Positions 9,428 through 19,237 of a DNA stretch of 64,000 bases are shown piece by piece. Within the stretch, counting starts at the first letter, position 1; every line of letters begins with the position of its first letter. The position numbers and the translations under genes are program-made. Location of the stretch: NCBI GenBank assembly GCA_963744145.1, contig CAVUSO010000001.1, forward strand, positions 4,096,001 to 4,160,000. The letters run 5' to 3'. The notes beneath the pieces are model-generated. The model made no database searches, had not been told where the DNA came from, and worked only from the letters and a program-made list of their open reading frames with translations. This DNA is from an uncultured cyanobacterium (lineage in GTDB: Bacteria; Cyanobacteriota; Cyanobacteriia; Cyanobacteriales; CAWUOF01).

Positions 9428-11422
9428 ATGGAACAATTATCTTTACCTTTAGTTTTTGCCAATACATTACCAGAGCAATTAATATGGTTCAAGGAAATAT
9501 TAGCCTTTCTGAATATTAATCCTAATCTTAATTGGCCCGATGCTTTTGGATTATCGTTGCGTAACTACTTTACTAAAAGTAACTATACACCCATTAAAAC
9601 TTTAAGTTTATTTACAGGAGGAGGGGGACTTGATATCGCTTTCCATGATGCTGGTTTTGATATTGTGCAAATGGTAGAGTTAGAAGCTAAATATATTCAA
9701 ACTCTTTTAAAAAATTCTCAGCCAGGAAGATTGTTAGAAAATTCTCAGCCTATTTGCATTGATATTAGAGAGTATTTTCCCAATTCTGAACTAGCAATAG
9801 ACTTTATCATTGGCGGACCACCATGTCAAACTTTTTCCGCTGCGGGCAGAAGAGCGTCAGGTGTTGCTGGACTTAGTGATACTAGAGGAATGCTATTTGC
9901 AGAATATGTTCGCTTAATCAAAATACTGCAACCAAAAGGATTTCTTTTTGAAAATGTTTATGGTATAACTGGTGCTGAAAATGGCGAAGCCTGGAAAAAA
10001 ATCCAAAATGCTTTTAAACAAGCAGGATACCAAATTAATTTTCGCGTTTTAGATGCAGCAGATTACGGAGTACCACAACATCGAGAACGTTTATTTATTG
10101 TCGGAATTAAAGAAGGTAATTATTTATTTCCCTCTCCTACTCATGGTCCTGATTCACCAGGACAAATACCTTTTTATTCAGCTGGAGCAGCAGTTATTGG
10201 TGCTGATCCATCGGACGCAGAATTAGGAATTAGTGGGAGGTATGGATATTTGCTCAATGATATACCACCAGGACTTAATTATAGCTTTTACACAGCAGAG
10301 ATGGGGCACCCTCAGCCTGTATTTAGTTGGCGTTCTAAATTTTCTGATTTTCTTTATAAAGCTGATCCAGAGCTTCCAGTTCGGACAATTAAAGCCCAAG
10401 GTGGACAATACACTGGTCCTTTTAGTTGGGAAAATCGTCGTTTTACAATTGCGGAATTAAAGCGTCTACAAACGTTTCCTGATGCTTATGAAATTGTTGG
10501 TAATCGTTCTAGCTGTATCGAACAAATTGGTAATTCAGTTCCACCACAATTAGGGAGGATTTTAGCTCTGAGTATTTTGGAGCAAGTCATGAATATATCT
10601 CTCCCATTTTCCATGCACTATTTACCACCAACAAAACAGTTAGGATTTCGACAACGCAAACGTCAATTAACTCAGAGATATGCTCAAAAAGCTCAAGCTG
10701 CGATCGCCTTCTTGAAAAGTAATGGTAAATTCAGTTCATCCGCTTCCCCTCATCCGAGATTATCAGAAAAATCTGTACGGTTTTTATCTGAAAATTTTGC
10801 TTGGAGTAAAAATGAAACTTGCCTGAGTACCAAAATTTTTCTGAAGTATGATTTTCAACCAGAAAGCTGGATAATTGAAGCTAATCTTAATGATATTTGG
10901 GAGATTGAAGGTAAATATATAATTGATATTTCATCAGCTAATGGTTGTGAAAATTGGGGTTTAGATACAACCCAAGTAAAATTAATAGCTAGGGATTTAG
11001 ATGGGCGAATTTTTACAGCTTTATGGAAAGCATTCGAGGAAAAATTAACTGAATTGACTCGCAAAGCTGATTTAGTACAATTATCTGGTTATTACCAATA
11101 TAAACCGCATCTAAATAGCAAAATGACAATTAATGATCAATTAAAGAATGACAAATTTTGGCAAATCATTCAATGTCTAATTAATGGAATAGGAGTAGCA
11201 AATCAATTATCTAAACAGCAGCTTGCTTTTCTTTGGGGAGTTAATAATAATGAAATATTTTCCTATTTAAAAAGATTAAGAATTATGGGTTACGAAATTA
11301 GGAATCATCAGACAAATCCTCAGATTAATCCGGGAGAATATTTAATTCCTTATGCTTTTCCGACGCTAACACCCAAAAGTGTGCAATTACGAAAAACCTT
11401 GGGAGAAAATGATGATGAGTGA
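9428..11422 (+). CDS. DNA (cytosine-5) methyltransferase with long C-terminal extension
   Basis: LFTGGGG (motif I), GGPPCQTFS (IV), ENV (VI), QHRER (VIII), RLQTFP (IX), QIGNSV (X). Confidence 0.92.
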   Translation: MEQLSLPLVFANTLPEQLIWFKEILAFLNINPNLNWPDAFGLSLRNYFTKSNYTPIKTLSLFTGGGGLDIAFHDAGFDIVQMVELEAKYIQTLLKNSQPGRLLENSQPICIDIREYFPNSELAIDFIIGGPPCQTFSAAGRRASGVAGLSDTRGMLFAEYVRLIKILQPKGFLFENVYGITGAENGEAWKKIQNAFKQAGYQINFRVLDAADYGVPQHRERLFIVGIKEGNYLFPSPTHGPDSPGQIPFYSAGAAVIGADPSDAELGISGRYGYLLNDIPPGLNYSFYTAEMGHPQPVFSWRSKFSDFLYKADPELPVRTIKAQGGQYTGPFSWENRRFTIAELKRLQTFPDAYEIVGNRSSCIEQIGNSVPPQLGRILALSILEQVMNISLPFSMHYLPPTKQLGFRQRKRQLTQRYAQKAQAAIAFLKSNGKFSSSASPHPRLSEKSVRFLSENFAWSKNETCLSTKIFLKYDFQPESWIIEANLNDIWEIEGKYIIDISSANGCENWGLDTTQVKLIARDLDGRIFTALWKAFEEKLTELTRKADLVQLSGYYQYKPHLNSKMTINDQLKNDKFWQIIQCLINGIGVANQLSKQQLAFLWGVNNNEIFSYLKRLRIMGYEIRNHQTNPQINPGEYLIPYAFPTLTPKSVQLRKTLGENDDE

Positions 11423-12734
11423 AATACATTTGCGTGTATTTAAAAATCGAAGTGAGTTAGTGCGATCTGATGGAACAACACAGGTTTTCTTAGAGGGTAG
11501 CATGAATGAAGCAGCAAAAGCTAGATATCAAAAAATAGCTAATGAATTATCAAATAGTTATCTCGAAAAGCAAATCATGATTTGTTATGAGCATCCTGCT
11601 GATCTAGTTTTTTCTCAATTAAAAGAGAATCATATAAATATTTTGACTAGACTGGTAAATTCAGTTACAAGTGAAGTTGGTAGAGCCATAGTTGGGTTAA
11701 CTATTTTGCAATTATCGGTGAAATCAATTGAACCTATGCAAAGTATTAGGTTGCACAAAGGTAGTTCTAGCGTAACAGCTTTTTCATGGTGTGATGGAAT
11801 ATCAATGCGTTCTTTAGATAAGCAATATATCACTCCTATTTTACGAAAATATGACTTACTTAGACTGAATGCGGATGGTTTTATGATGACTCGCAGTTTA
11901 GCAGAAAACTATCCTTATTCACCAGTGTATAAAGCTAATATTAAAGGTGCGCGTCAAGAGTGGCTAAATCTTGTAGAATATATAGAAGTTAATGAAATTG
12001 ATCCTAAATTAGCTTTACATTACATTTTATCTCAATTACTGAATCGAGCAAATGTGTTTAAAATTTTATCTGAACAAACTATCTTATCTCTACAAACATT
12101 TTTAGAGCTAACTAAATCTTGTTTAAATAGAGAATATGCTACTCAATTGATCACAACACATATTAATGAATCCAATTATGCAGCGCGAATTATGGAAATT
12201 GCTATGCACAGTCTGATGCAAACTATGCAAGAATATATGATTTTTTTACCGGGAGAATTACAATCTTTATCTCAAATGCGATCGGCTAATAAAAAACATG
12301 GTAATATTGGAGATATCGAAATCTTAGAAAATGGACAAATTGTTGAAGTATGGGATGCAAAATATGGCAAAAGTTATTTAAGAGATGAACTAGAAGAGTT
12401 AAACGATAAACTTGGTTCTCACCCAAGTGTTTTATTAGCTGGTTTTGTTACGAGTGTTGAACCTGAACGACGTGAAGAGCTAATCCCTCGCTGTCAAGAA
12501 ATAGCAGATTTTTTTGGGATTACAATAGAAATAGTTACTTTTAGAGAATGGATACAACAGCAATTTCAACGAGCAATTAAATCTGAGTTAGTCAACGAGC
12601 AACAATTAGCACAGAAATGGTTAATTGCTTACACAGAATCATTAGCCCAAAAACGTCGAGATATTGCTCCTATTGACGAACCTTGTCAACAATGGTTAAC
12701 TACTTTAAAGCTTTTACTTGAAACTTATAAATAA
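11409..12734 (+). CDS. Putative type II restriction endonuclease (PD-(D/E)xK-like)
   Basis: Overlaps the MTase stop; GDIEILENGQIVEVWDAK resembles a catalytic motif; specificity not determinable. Confidence 0.65.
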   Translation: MMMSEIHLRVFKNRSELVRSDGTTQVFLEGSMNEAAKARYQKIANELSNSYLEKQIMICYEHPADLVFSQLKENHINILTRLVNSVTSEVGRAIVGLTILQLSVKSIEPMQSIRLHKGSSSVTAFSWCDGISMRSLDKQYITPILRKYDLLRLNADGFMMTRSLAENYPYSPVYKANIKGARQEWLNLVEYIEVNEIDPKLALHYILSQLLNRANVFKILSEQTILSLQTFLELTKSCLNREYATQLITTHINESNYAARIMEIAMHSLMQTMQEYMIFLPGELQSLSQMRSANKKHGNIGDIEILENGQIVEVWDAKYGKSYLRDELEELNDKLGSHPSVLLAGFVTSVEPERREELIPRCQEIADFFGITIEIVTFREWIQQQFQRAIKSELVNEQQLAQKWLIAYTESLAQKRRDIAPIDEPCQQWLTTLKLLLETYK

Positions 12735-12923
12735 TTCAAATATTACTCCTATTTAAGCATCTTGCTAAATCTGTTTGACTATGGAAAGATGTCTTTTAAG
12801 AGACTGGTTAAGTTATGGGCTTCAGAGTGAGGGCCAAAAGCGCGATCGCTAGCTAGTAAATTTTTTCCCTGATGGTGAAACCCCTACTATAAACTCAAGT
12901 TCCAGTTTTTGATCCAAATAATT

Positions 12924-12954
12924 GCGATCGCTTACCCAATAGATAGGATAATTC
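12924..12954 (+). repeat. 31-bp direct repeat, copy 1 (begins with HIP1)
   Basis: gcgatcgcttacccaatagataggataattc; 29/31 identical to 14775-14805. Confidence 0.9.
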
Positions 12955-12964
12955 TAATTTAAAA

Positions 12965-13813
12965 ATGCTTGTAACTGACATGATAAATTTTTTAGGTAAA
13001 CCCTACTTTCAAGCACCCAATTGCTTGATTTATCAGATGGATTGCTTAGAGGCAATGTTAAAGCTACCAAATGAATGTATTAATCTTACTGTCACCAGTC
13101 CTCCGTATAATATTGGCAAAGAATACGAAAAAATAATGCTACTAGATCAATATTTAAAATGGTGTGAAAAGTGGATAAGTGAGATTTACCGAATTACCTC
13201 TTCTCAAGGAGCTTTTTGGCTAAACTTGGGTTATTTATCAATTCCTAATAGAGCTAAAGCAATTCCTATTCCTTACCTACTGTGGGACAAAATTTCTTTT
13301 TACCTCATTCAGGAAGTAATCTGGCACTATGGTGCTGGAGTTGCTGCCAGTAAGTTTTTTTCACCACGTAATGAAAAGTTTCTTTGGTATGTCAAAAACC
13401 AAGAAAGTTATACCTTTAACTTAGATGATGTGCGCGATCCTAATGTCAAATATCCTCATCAAAAAAAGAATGGCAAAATTAAAGTCAACCCCCAAGGCAA
13501 AAATCCGACAGATGTTTGGGATTTTCCCAAAGTAACATCTGGTCAAAACAGATCGTCGAAAGAGCGTACTGATCACCCTGCTCAATTTCCTAGGGCTGTT
13601 ATAGAACGTATTATCAAGGCTTCATCCCATCGAAATGAAATTATTTTAGACCCTTTTCTGGGTTCAGGAACTACTGCGGTTGTTGCTTTAGATTTGCAGC
13701 GTACTATCATTGGATTTGAGATTTGTAAAAGCTACTGTGATATAGCTGCTAATAGAATTGATGATTTTCTCAGACAAAAACAGCTTAGTGAAGCTCAATT
13801 ATCTTTATTTTAG
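12965..13813 (+). CDS. Beta-class amino DNA methyltransferase (probably N4-cytosine), partner of the ScaI-like REase
   Basis: TSPPY precedes HPAQFP and DPFLGSGTT. Confidence 0.92.
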   Translation: MLVTDMINFLGKPYFQAPNCLIYQMDCLEAMLKLPNECINLTVTSPPYNIGKEYEKIMLLDQYLKWCEKWISEIYRITSSQGAFWLNLGYLSIPNRAKAIPIPYLLWDKISFYLIQEVIWHYGAGVAASKFFSPRNEKFLWYVKNQESYTFNLDDVRDPNVKYPHQKKNGKIKVNPQGKNPTDVWDFPKVTSGQNRSSKERTDHPAQFPRAVIERIIKASSHRNEIILDPFLGSGTTAVVALDLQRTIIGFEICKSYCDIAANRIDDFLRQKQLSEAQLSLF

Positions 13814-13827
13814 AGAAAATAAATTTC

Positions 13828-14433
13828 TTAAATTGGTAATGACAGTAACTTATATTTTTCTACACCAGGACTTAATCTAGCCTGTTGGCCAGTAGCTGCT
13901 TTTTGTCCTTGCCAATCTTCTAGATCAATCCATCCAAATCGAACTAAACTAATTTTTGGAGTTTGTCTGCATTTAATTTTTGGATCAAATTTCTGGAAAT
14001 TAACTACAAGATAATAGCCAGACTTGTCTTTTTTTGACTTTGATCCTGTGGTACTCTGTTGAGCATAACTGCGATTACCGTAAGTGTTGTGATAACTTGA
14101 AGAAGTTTTAATTTCAATTGAGAAGTAATCGTTCTCAATATAAACAATATCTTTGTCAGTATTGCTATGATGGCGTCGCCAAATTTCCGGGTATCGGTTG
14201 GCTAATTCTAATGGAATTAATTCATGCAAAAAAAAGCCCATAATTTGGGGAACTGGAAATAAATCTACTCCTATTTTGTAGCCTCTATTGGTTATACTGG
14301 ACTGAAAGATTTGATCCCAAACTTGCATAACTATTTGATAAATTTCCTGCGACTCAAGAGGGTGTCTCTCGATGAGTTCCAATGTCTTTGCTTGCCAATC
14401 TTGAATAGGAAGTCCTGTATAAGGTGATTCCAT
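13828..14433 (-). CDS. ScaI-family type II restriction endonuclease
   Basis: SPYxGLP..W...T.ELI..HPL N-terminus, PQIMGFFLHELIP, KDIV...SIEIKTSS and YGNRSYAQ, recognised from family memory. Confidence 0.8.
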   Translation of the reverse strand: MESPYTGLPIQDWQAKTLELIERHPLESQEIYQIVMQVWDQIFQSSITNRGYKIGVDLFPVPQIMGFFLHELIPLELANRYPEIWRRHHSNTDKDIVYIENDYFSIEIKTSSSYHNTYGNRSYAQQSTTGSKSKKDKSGYYLVVNFQKFDPKIKCRQTPKISLVRFGWIDLEDWQGQKAATGQQARLSPGVEKYKLLSLPI

Positions 14434-14655
14434 TTACTCCATTCCTCTCAATAGCTCGCTAGGTGACACTCCTAACGCTTTGGCTAACCGCAAAATATTT
14501 AACAGGGCTATGTTTCTCTCACCCCGCCCAATACCACCAAGATAGTTCCGGTGTATACCAGCTAGTTCAGCTAACTCTTCTTGAGAAAGATCCCTAATTT
14601 TTCTTAGTCTGCGAACTTGCTCTCCAAATTTTTTTAACTCTGGATTTTCTGCCAC
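14434..14655 (-). CDS. R-M controller (C) protein, XRE HTH
   Basis: FGEQVRRLRK..LSQEELAELAGIHRNYLGGI.RGERNI; abuts the REase start. Confidence 0.88.
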   Translation of the reverse strand: MAENPELKKFGEQVRRLRKIRDLSQEELAELAGIHRNYLGGIGRGERNIALLNILRLAKALGVSPSELLRGME

Positions 14656-14678
14656 ATAAGCAAGATACTCATAACAGT

Positions 14679-14704
14679 GCGCTAAAATCTACACACTATA
14701 AGTG
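14679..14704 (-). promoter_or_regulatory. C-box operator pair upstream of the C gene
   Basis: Minus strand CACT-TAT-AGTG TGTA GATT-TTA-GCGC matches the GACT-N3-AGTC-TGTA-GACT-N3-AGTC layout of C.PvuII-type boxes. Confidence 0.75.
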
Positions 14705-14774
14705 TGATTTTCTCTGAGGATCACAAAGGAAAATTGTCCCGCAACCAATAAGTGGACAAGGGTATTCATCAACC

Positions 14775-14805
14775 GCGATCGCTTGCCCAATAGATAGTAT
14801 AATTC
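14775..14805 (+). repeat. 31-bp direct repeat, copy 2
   Basis: gcgatcgcttgcccaatagatagtataattc. Confidence 0.9.
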
Positions 14806-14913
14806 CTTTATCTTGACTGTGCTTTTGGTTGATGAATCTCACTTACTATCAAAAACGGTCAATCAAGATCAAAATAAGCATATTTACTTATAATTAACCC
14901 AGAGGATGACAAA

Positions 14914-16368
14914 ATGGCACTAAGAAATATGGAAAATATACCCGTTTTAGAACAATATTTAGCATCCCTGTCTCAAGCACAGCTATTGGATTTGATTTGG
15001 CAATTATGTGATGAATCTAAAGAAGTAAGAACATTTTTGCTCAATCATATTAATGTGCCCAGAGAAATTATTAATAATCAACCTAGTAATGATGATCAAG
15101 TTGAACAGCTCAAAGAAGAAATTAAGCAAATTTTTGATGAACTTGAAGAGCTAATGATGGAGGAAGATGAAGATGAGTATCGATATGATTATGATTATGA
15201 AGATGAAGATGAGGAAATACTAGAGCCTAAACTAGATAGTGTGTTTGAGACTGCTAGATTTTTAAATCTGGCAGATCAAGTGCAAATATATTGGGAGATT
15301 ATCAGCACAGGAACTGATTTATTTGATCGCATTGAAGACTTTACTATTGGTACTACCCAAATTGAAAAAGCTTTCCAATTTTTTGCGGAAACTATTCAAA
15401 ATTTGGAGTTATCACCTCTAGAAAAACAACCTTATTTGCGGGCACTGGTTGCTCTTTTTGATCGGATTATATTTAGCGATCGGGATATCAGAAAAGCGAT
15501 TAAGAACGCGATGGAACTGATTTGTGATGTTCCGGAAGATTACTACTATTTAATTTCCCAAATGGAGCCAAAAGAAGCTGAAGCTATTGATTGGATTACT
15601 GGTTATTATCTGAAATTAGCTGATCATGAAAACTATCTGCGAGTCCGATCAGCTCATCTTGAGCAAGAATCTGATTATCTCGAATTAGCAAAATATTGGC
15701 AACAAAAAGGAAATTCAGAAAAATATTTAGCGACTCTAGAACAATGGATTATCAATCTAGACTTAGATCCAAAATCATCTAATTATGGATTGAGAAGGTT
15801 TTCGATTGATAGCTATCATTTCGTTGAAAAAAAAGTGTTTGATGAACTAACAGAATATTATCGTCAACAAAAAGATGATGATAATTTAAGTCGAATTTTG
15901 TTAAAAATAGCCGAACATCGTTATGTTACTTTGGATTTGTATAAAGAGGTGAAAGAACTTGGTAATAAGTTAGGTAAATGGCCAGAAATGCAGGTAAGTT
16001 TAATTAAATATGCAGAAAAACATGACGAAATTTTAGCCAAAATATATCTATATGAAGAAAATTGGGACAAAGCTCTGGAAATTACCCAAAAAAGTAATAT
16101 TCATGAAGGAATTCAAGTGGTAATTGCGGAGGGAGTTAAACAAAATCGTCCCTTTGAGGCGATCGCAATTTACGAAAAAATAGTTGAATATAATATTGAC
16201 CAAAGAAAACGCGATCGCTATCGTCAATCTGCGACTTATGCTAATAAAATTAAAGCCATTTATTTGCAGGTGTTAAATGATCCAGATGGTTGGCACCGTT
16301 ATCTGAGTACAATTAGAGAAAATCATCGTCGTTTGCCAGCTTTAATTGATGAATTTAGAAGTTTTTGA
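14914..16368 (+). CDS. Hypothetical helical-repeat protein (resembles the C-terminal part of SWIM-associated proteins); stop codon supplied by the IS end
   Basis: 484 aa, acidic stretch, C-terminal RENHRRLPALIDEF. Confidence 0.7.
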   Translation: MALRNMENIPVLEQYLASLSQAQLLDLIWQLCDESKEVRTFLLNHINVPREIINNQPSNDDQVEQLKEEIKQIFDELEELMMEEDEDEYRYDYDYEDEDEEILEPKLDSVFETARFLNLADQVQIYWEIISTGTDLFDRIEDFTIGTTQIEKAFQFFAETIQNLELSPLEKQPYLRALVALFDRIIFSDRDIRKAIKNAMELICDVPEDYYYLISQMEPKEAEAIDWITGYYLKLADHENYLRVRSAHLEQESDYLELAKYWQQKGNSEKYLATLEQWIINLDLDPKSSNYGLRRFSIDSYHFVEKKVFDELTEYYRQQKDDDNLSRILLKIAEHRYVTLDLYKEVKELGNKLGKWPEMQVSLIKYAEKHDEILAKIYLYEENWDKALEITQKSNIHEGIQVVIAEGVKQNRPFEAIAIYEKIVEYNIDQRKRDRYRQSATYANKIKAIYLQVLNDPDGWHRYLSTIRENHRRLPALIDEFRSF

Positions 16369-16398
16369 CACTCCCCGGTCTTTCATACACGGGGATTC

Positions 16399-17637
16399 TT
16401 AAGGTAAGGGCGTATTGCTATACGCCCCTTCAGGGGATGAATCGCGCCAAAGCTTTTTTCTTAAAGGGTTCGTCAGCAACCCACTACCCACTCGCTCAAC
16501 AATAGAGTCTGTGGCTACTTTTGATTTTCTAATGATATTAGCCGCACCGTTAACATCTGCATTCAGAATTAATCCTTGAGCAGAACGATACAAACCTCTT
16601 TTTATCCTTTTTCCAGATGGTTGCCAATTGTCAGGTTTTTCGCCGACTGTCACTGGCAATAAATCTCGGTCTAAGAAACTGGATTTTGATGTGTAAGATT
16701 CGTCTTGTTCTATGAATCGCCATCCCCTTAGATCGCATTCTTGCTGTAGTCTCTCCTTGACTTTGGCTGTGGGGATTTGGTAGGGGCGTATTGCAATACG
16801 CCCGTACTGATTGGTTACTCTTCCCATATTAACTTCTTGTTTCTGTCCTTTATTCCAACCAAAGACGATCACATTGATTTGATGATTTTCGCAGTATTTT
16901 ATGATAGTTCTCACCGCTTTATTCACTGCATCTCTCATCCTTCTAGCGCGAGTTTCTGACAACTGTTGTAGCCGTTTTGATGAAAAACCTTTGGGTAATT
17001 TAGCTTGAGAGTGCCTGGTTTGGATTCGGGCTTTTTCTTGGTTAAACAGTTGATTCCAAGACTTGATTTTGCGACCATCAATGATGAATGGTTTGCCATT
17101 ACTAGAAACACAAGTTAACCAGTTGTTTATCCCATGATCTATTCCTAGAATTCCTGTTACTCCTAAGCTACAACTAAGTGCTTGTTTGGTCAGAGATTCA
17201 TGGACATATTCAACCCAGACATCACCATTTCTGGGGATTAGCCTGAGTTCTTTAATTTGGCAATCTCTCAATCTTTCCGGCCATGTCAACCACAGGGCAT
17301 CAGTTCCGAAATGTTCTTTGCCTTTAGTCCCTAGAGGTAATCTCACCCGATTGTCAACTATTTTTAGAGCTTGTCCTGGATAGGAAATTTGATATTTGCC
17401 GCCCTTAACTCTGTATTTAGGTAGTCTTGGCTTTTGGTTAAGTTTTCCTGTCTTGGCTAACTTTTCCAGGGCTAGAAAAGAACTAAAGGATTCTGCTACA
17501 GACTTAAGAGTTTGTTGTGCCACTTGAGAGTAAAGAAAACCGTAATTTTCGTTAGTTTTTGCCATCTTGTACAGCTCAAGATACTTAATTACTTTTTGAT
17601 CTTTAAAGTACCGTTTGTCTTTTTGGACTGCGTACAT
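16399..17637 (-). CDS. tnpB: TnpB RNA-guided nuclease (probably degenerate)
   Basis: MYAVQK start; SQVAQQTL, PRLPKY, GIDHGINN, VFGWNKGQKQ, DESYTSKSSFLD, GKRIKRGLY and NADVNGAANI motifs. Confidence 0.88.
   Translation of the reverse strand: MYAVQKDKRYFKDQKVIKYLELYKMAKTNENYGFLYSQVAQQTLKSVAESFSSFLALEKLAKTGKLNQKPRLPKYRVKGGKYQISYPGQALKIVDNRVRLPLGTKGKEHFGTDALWLTWPERLRDCQIKELRLIPRNGDVWVEYVHESLTKQALSCSLGVTGILGIDHGINNWLTCVSSNGKPFIIDGRKIKSWNQLFNQEKARIQTRHSQAKLPKGFSSKRLQQLSETRARRMRDAVNKAVRTIIKYCENHQINVIVFGWNKGQKQEVNMGRVTNQYGRIAIRPYQIPTAKVKERLQQECDLRGWRFIEQDESYTSKSSFLDRDLLPVTVGEKPDNWQPSGKRIKRGLYRSAQGLILNADVNGAANIIRKSKVATDSIVERVGSGLLTNPLRKKLWRDSSPEGAYSNTPLP
16780..16807. repeat. REP-like palindrome inside the tnpB coding sequence
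   Basis: gtaggggcgtattgcaatacgcccgtac; near-identical hairpin at 16404-16430. Confidence 0.8.
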
Positions 17638-17657
17638 AAGATTTTTGTTAACTACTA

Positions 17658-19237
17658 AGTAGTCGGACAAAAGTAATAGGTACTGTATTAACTTTTGTAA
17701 AACGTATGGGTCAAGCAATAAGCTGGACAAAGTCATCGAAAAATTAGTCCAATCTGGGGAAGATTGGCCAAAGAAGTGGCTGGACAATGGGAGCAAAAAA
17801 TTAGACTTATTTTGGTAATTAAGGGGATAAGTGAGGTCGATTTTAGCTTCAAAAAAAACACCCTGATTGTGAAATAATTATAGAGCTAACTTAAAAGTTT
17901 GAAGAAAATGTCATCTCCTCCTTTGAGAATATTTTTAACATCTGCGGAAAATCAAACCTTATGGGAATTAAATAGAGCCGAGGGAGTTCCACTAAGAACA
18001 AGAGATCGGGCTGCGGCCTTGAGATTATCATCAATGGGATGGAAAGTGGAACAGATCGGCAAGTATCTGAACTGGTCAATTAAGACAGTGAGAGCCACAA
18101 TACATCGTTGGGAAAAACAGGGATTAGCAGGATTATGGGATGCGCCTCGTCCGGGCAGGAAAAGAAAATGGAGTCAGGCAGATTTGGCAGAAATTGAAAA
18201 AAAACTAGAGACAGAGGAACGAGCTTATAATAGTCGTCAGTTAGTGAAATATCTAGCCCAGGAAAGGCAAGTAAAACTGAGCCAAAGACAGTTGCGTCGA
18301 ATCCTCAAAAAAAACTATCGGTGGAAAAGAACGAGAACATCTCTAAAAGGAAAGCAAGACCAGGAAAAAAGAGCAACTAAAAGAAATGATTTAGAGATGT
18401 TGGAATTCGCGGCAGCCGCGGGTGAAATATGTTTAAAATATTTGGATGAATCAGGATTTAGCCTGTGGGCTGAACCTGTATATACCTGGGGGAAAATCGG
18501 CCAACAGAAACAGATCAAACAGCCTAAAAAGAAAGGGAAAAGATTAAATATATGTGGATTTTTGGCCGTGGGAGAAAGCTTTGAATATGGATTAAGTTTT
18601 AAGAGTTTTGACAGTAAGAATTATATCAAATTAATGGATTGGCAAGCCGCGCAAGCGGAAACTAGATTGAAAGAAACGGGCAAAATAACTGTAATTGTCC
18701 AAGACCAATATTCCGTTCACGTAAGTAAATTGACGAAGAGCAACTATGATCAATGGGAAAAACAAGGATTATATATATTCCTATTATCCAGTTACTCTCC
18801 CGAATTAAATCTGATTGAAACGGAGTGGGAAAGAATCAAAGAAGATGAATTAGCTGGTCAAATGTTTGAGAATGAATATGAATTAACCATCGCGGTAAGA
18901 GCAGCAATCGAAGCTCGTCAAACTAGTAAGGGCTTAGAAGTAAAAAGATTTAGATTTGGTGGTCAGCCTAGCCAGGATGAACAAAAATCCTAATCGGGTT
19001 TATTCTAGTTCTAGTCAACCGGAAAAATTCCATTAATTGTTTAATGAGAGGCTGAGGCAAAACTGACCATATTTATAGTTAATAGAAAATCTGGAAATGC
19101 AGTTTTCTTACTCTCTAGTGAAACCTATTCAGTTGGACGGAGGGAATACTTTTATATGCTTTTCTCTGGTAAATTTGTGGGTCAAATTTACTCTTAAATA
19201 AAGTTAACATAGTTAACTTTATTTATGTCCGACTACT
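17658..19237 (+). mobile_element. IS630-family insertion sequence
   Basis: TIRs agtagtcggaca / tgtccgactact, TA duplication at 17656-57 and 19238-39, CTAG target. Confidence 0.92.
17908..18993 (+). CDS. IS630 transposase (HTH + DDE), single reading frame
   Basis: GLWDAPRPGR, YLDESGF, VQDQYSVH and YSPELNLIE motifs. Confidence 0.92.
   Translation: MSSPPLRIFLTSAENQTLWELNRAEGVPLRTRDRAAALRLSSMGWKVEQIGKYLNWSIKTVRATIHRWEKQGLAGLWDAPRPGRKRKWSQADLAEIEKKLETEERAYNSRQLVKYLAQERQVKLSQRQLRRILKKNYRWKRTRTSLKGKQDQEKRATKRNDLEMLEFAAAAGEICLKYLDESGFSLWAEPVYTWGKIGQQKQIKQPKKKGKRLNICGFLAVGESFEYGLSFKSFDSKNYIKLMDWQAAQAETRLKETGKITVIVQDQYSVHVSKLTKSNYDQWEKQGLYIFLLSSYSPELNLIETEWERIKEDELAGQMFENEYELTIAVRAAIEARQTSKGLEVKRFRFGGQPSQDEQKS

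Noticed and set aside
17638..17796. N-terminal 53 aa of the 465-aa TnpB ORF
   Set aside because: Mostly antisense IS630 left-end sequence; the real start is MYAVQK at 17637
18300..18320. Programmed -1 frameshift at the A8 run in the first IS630
   Set aside because: The ORF is already continuous as given, although the run length could be a sequencing artefact
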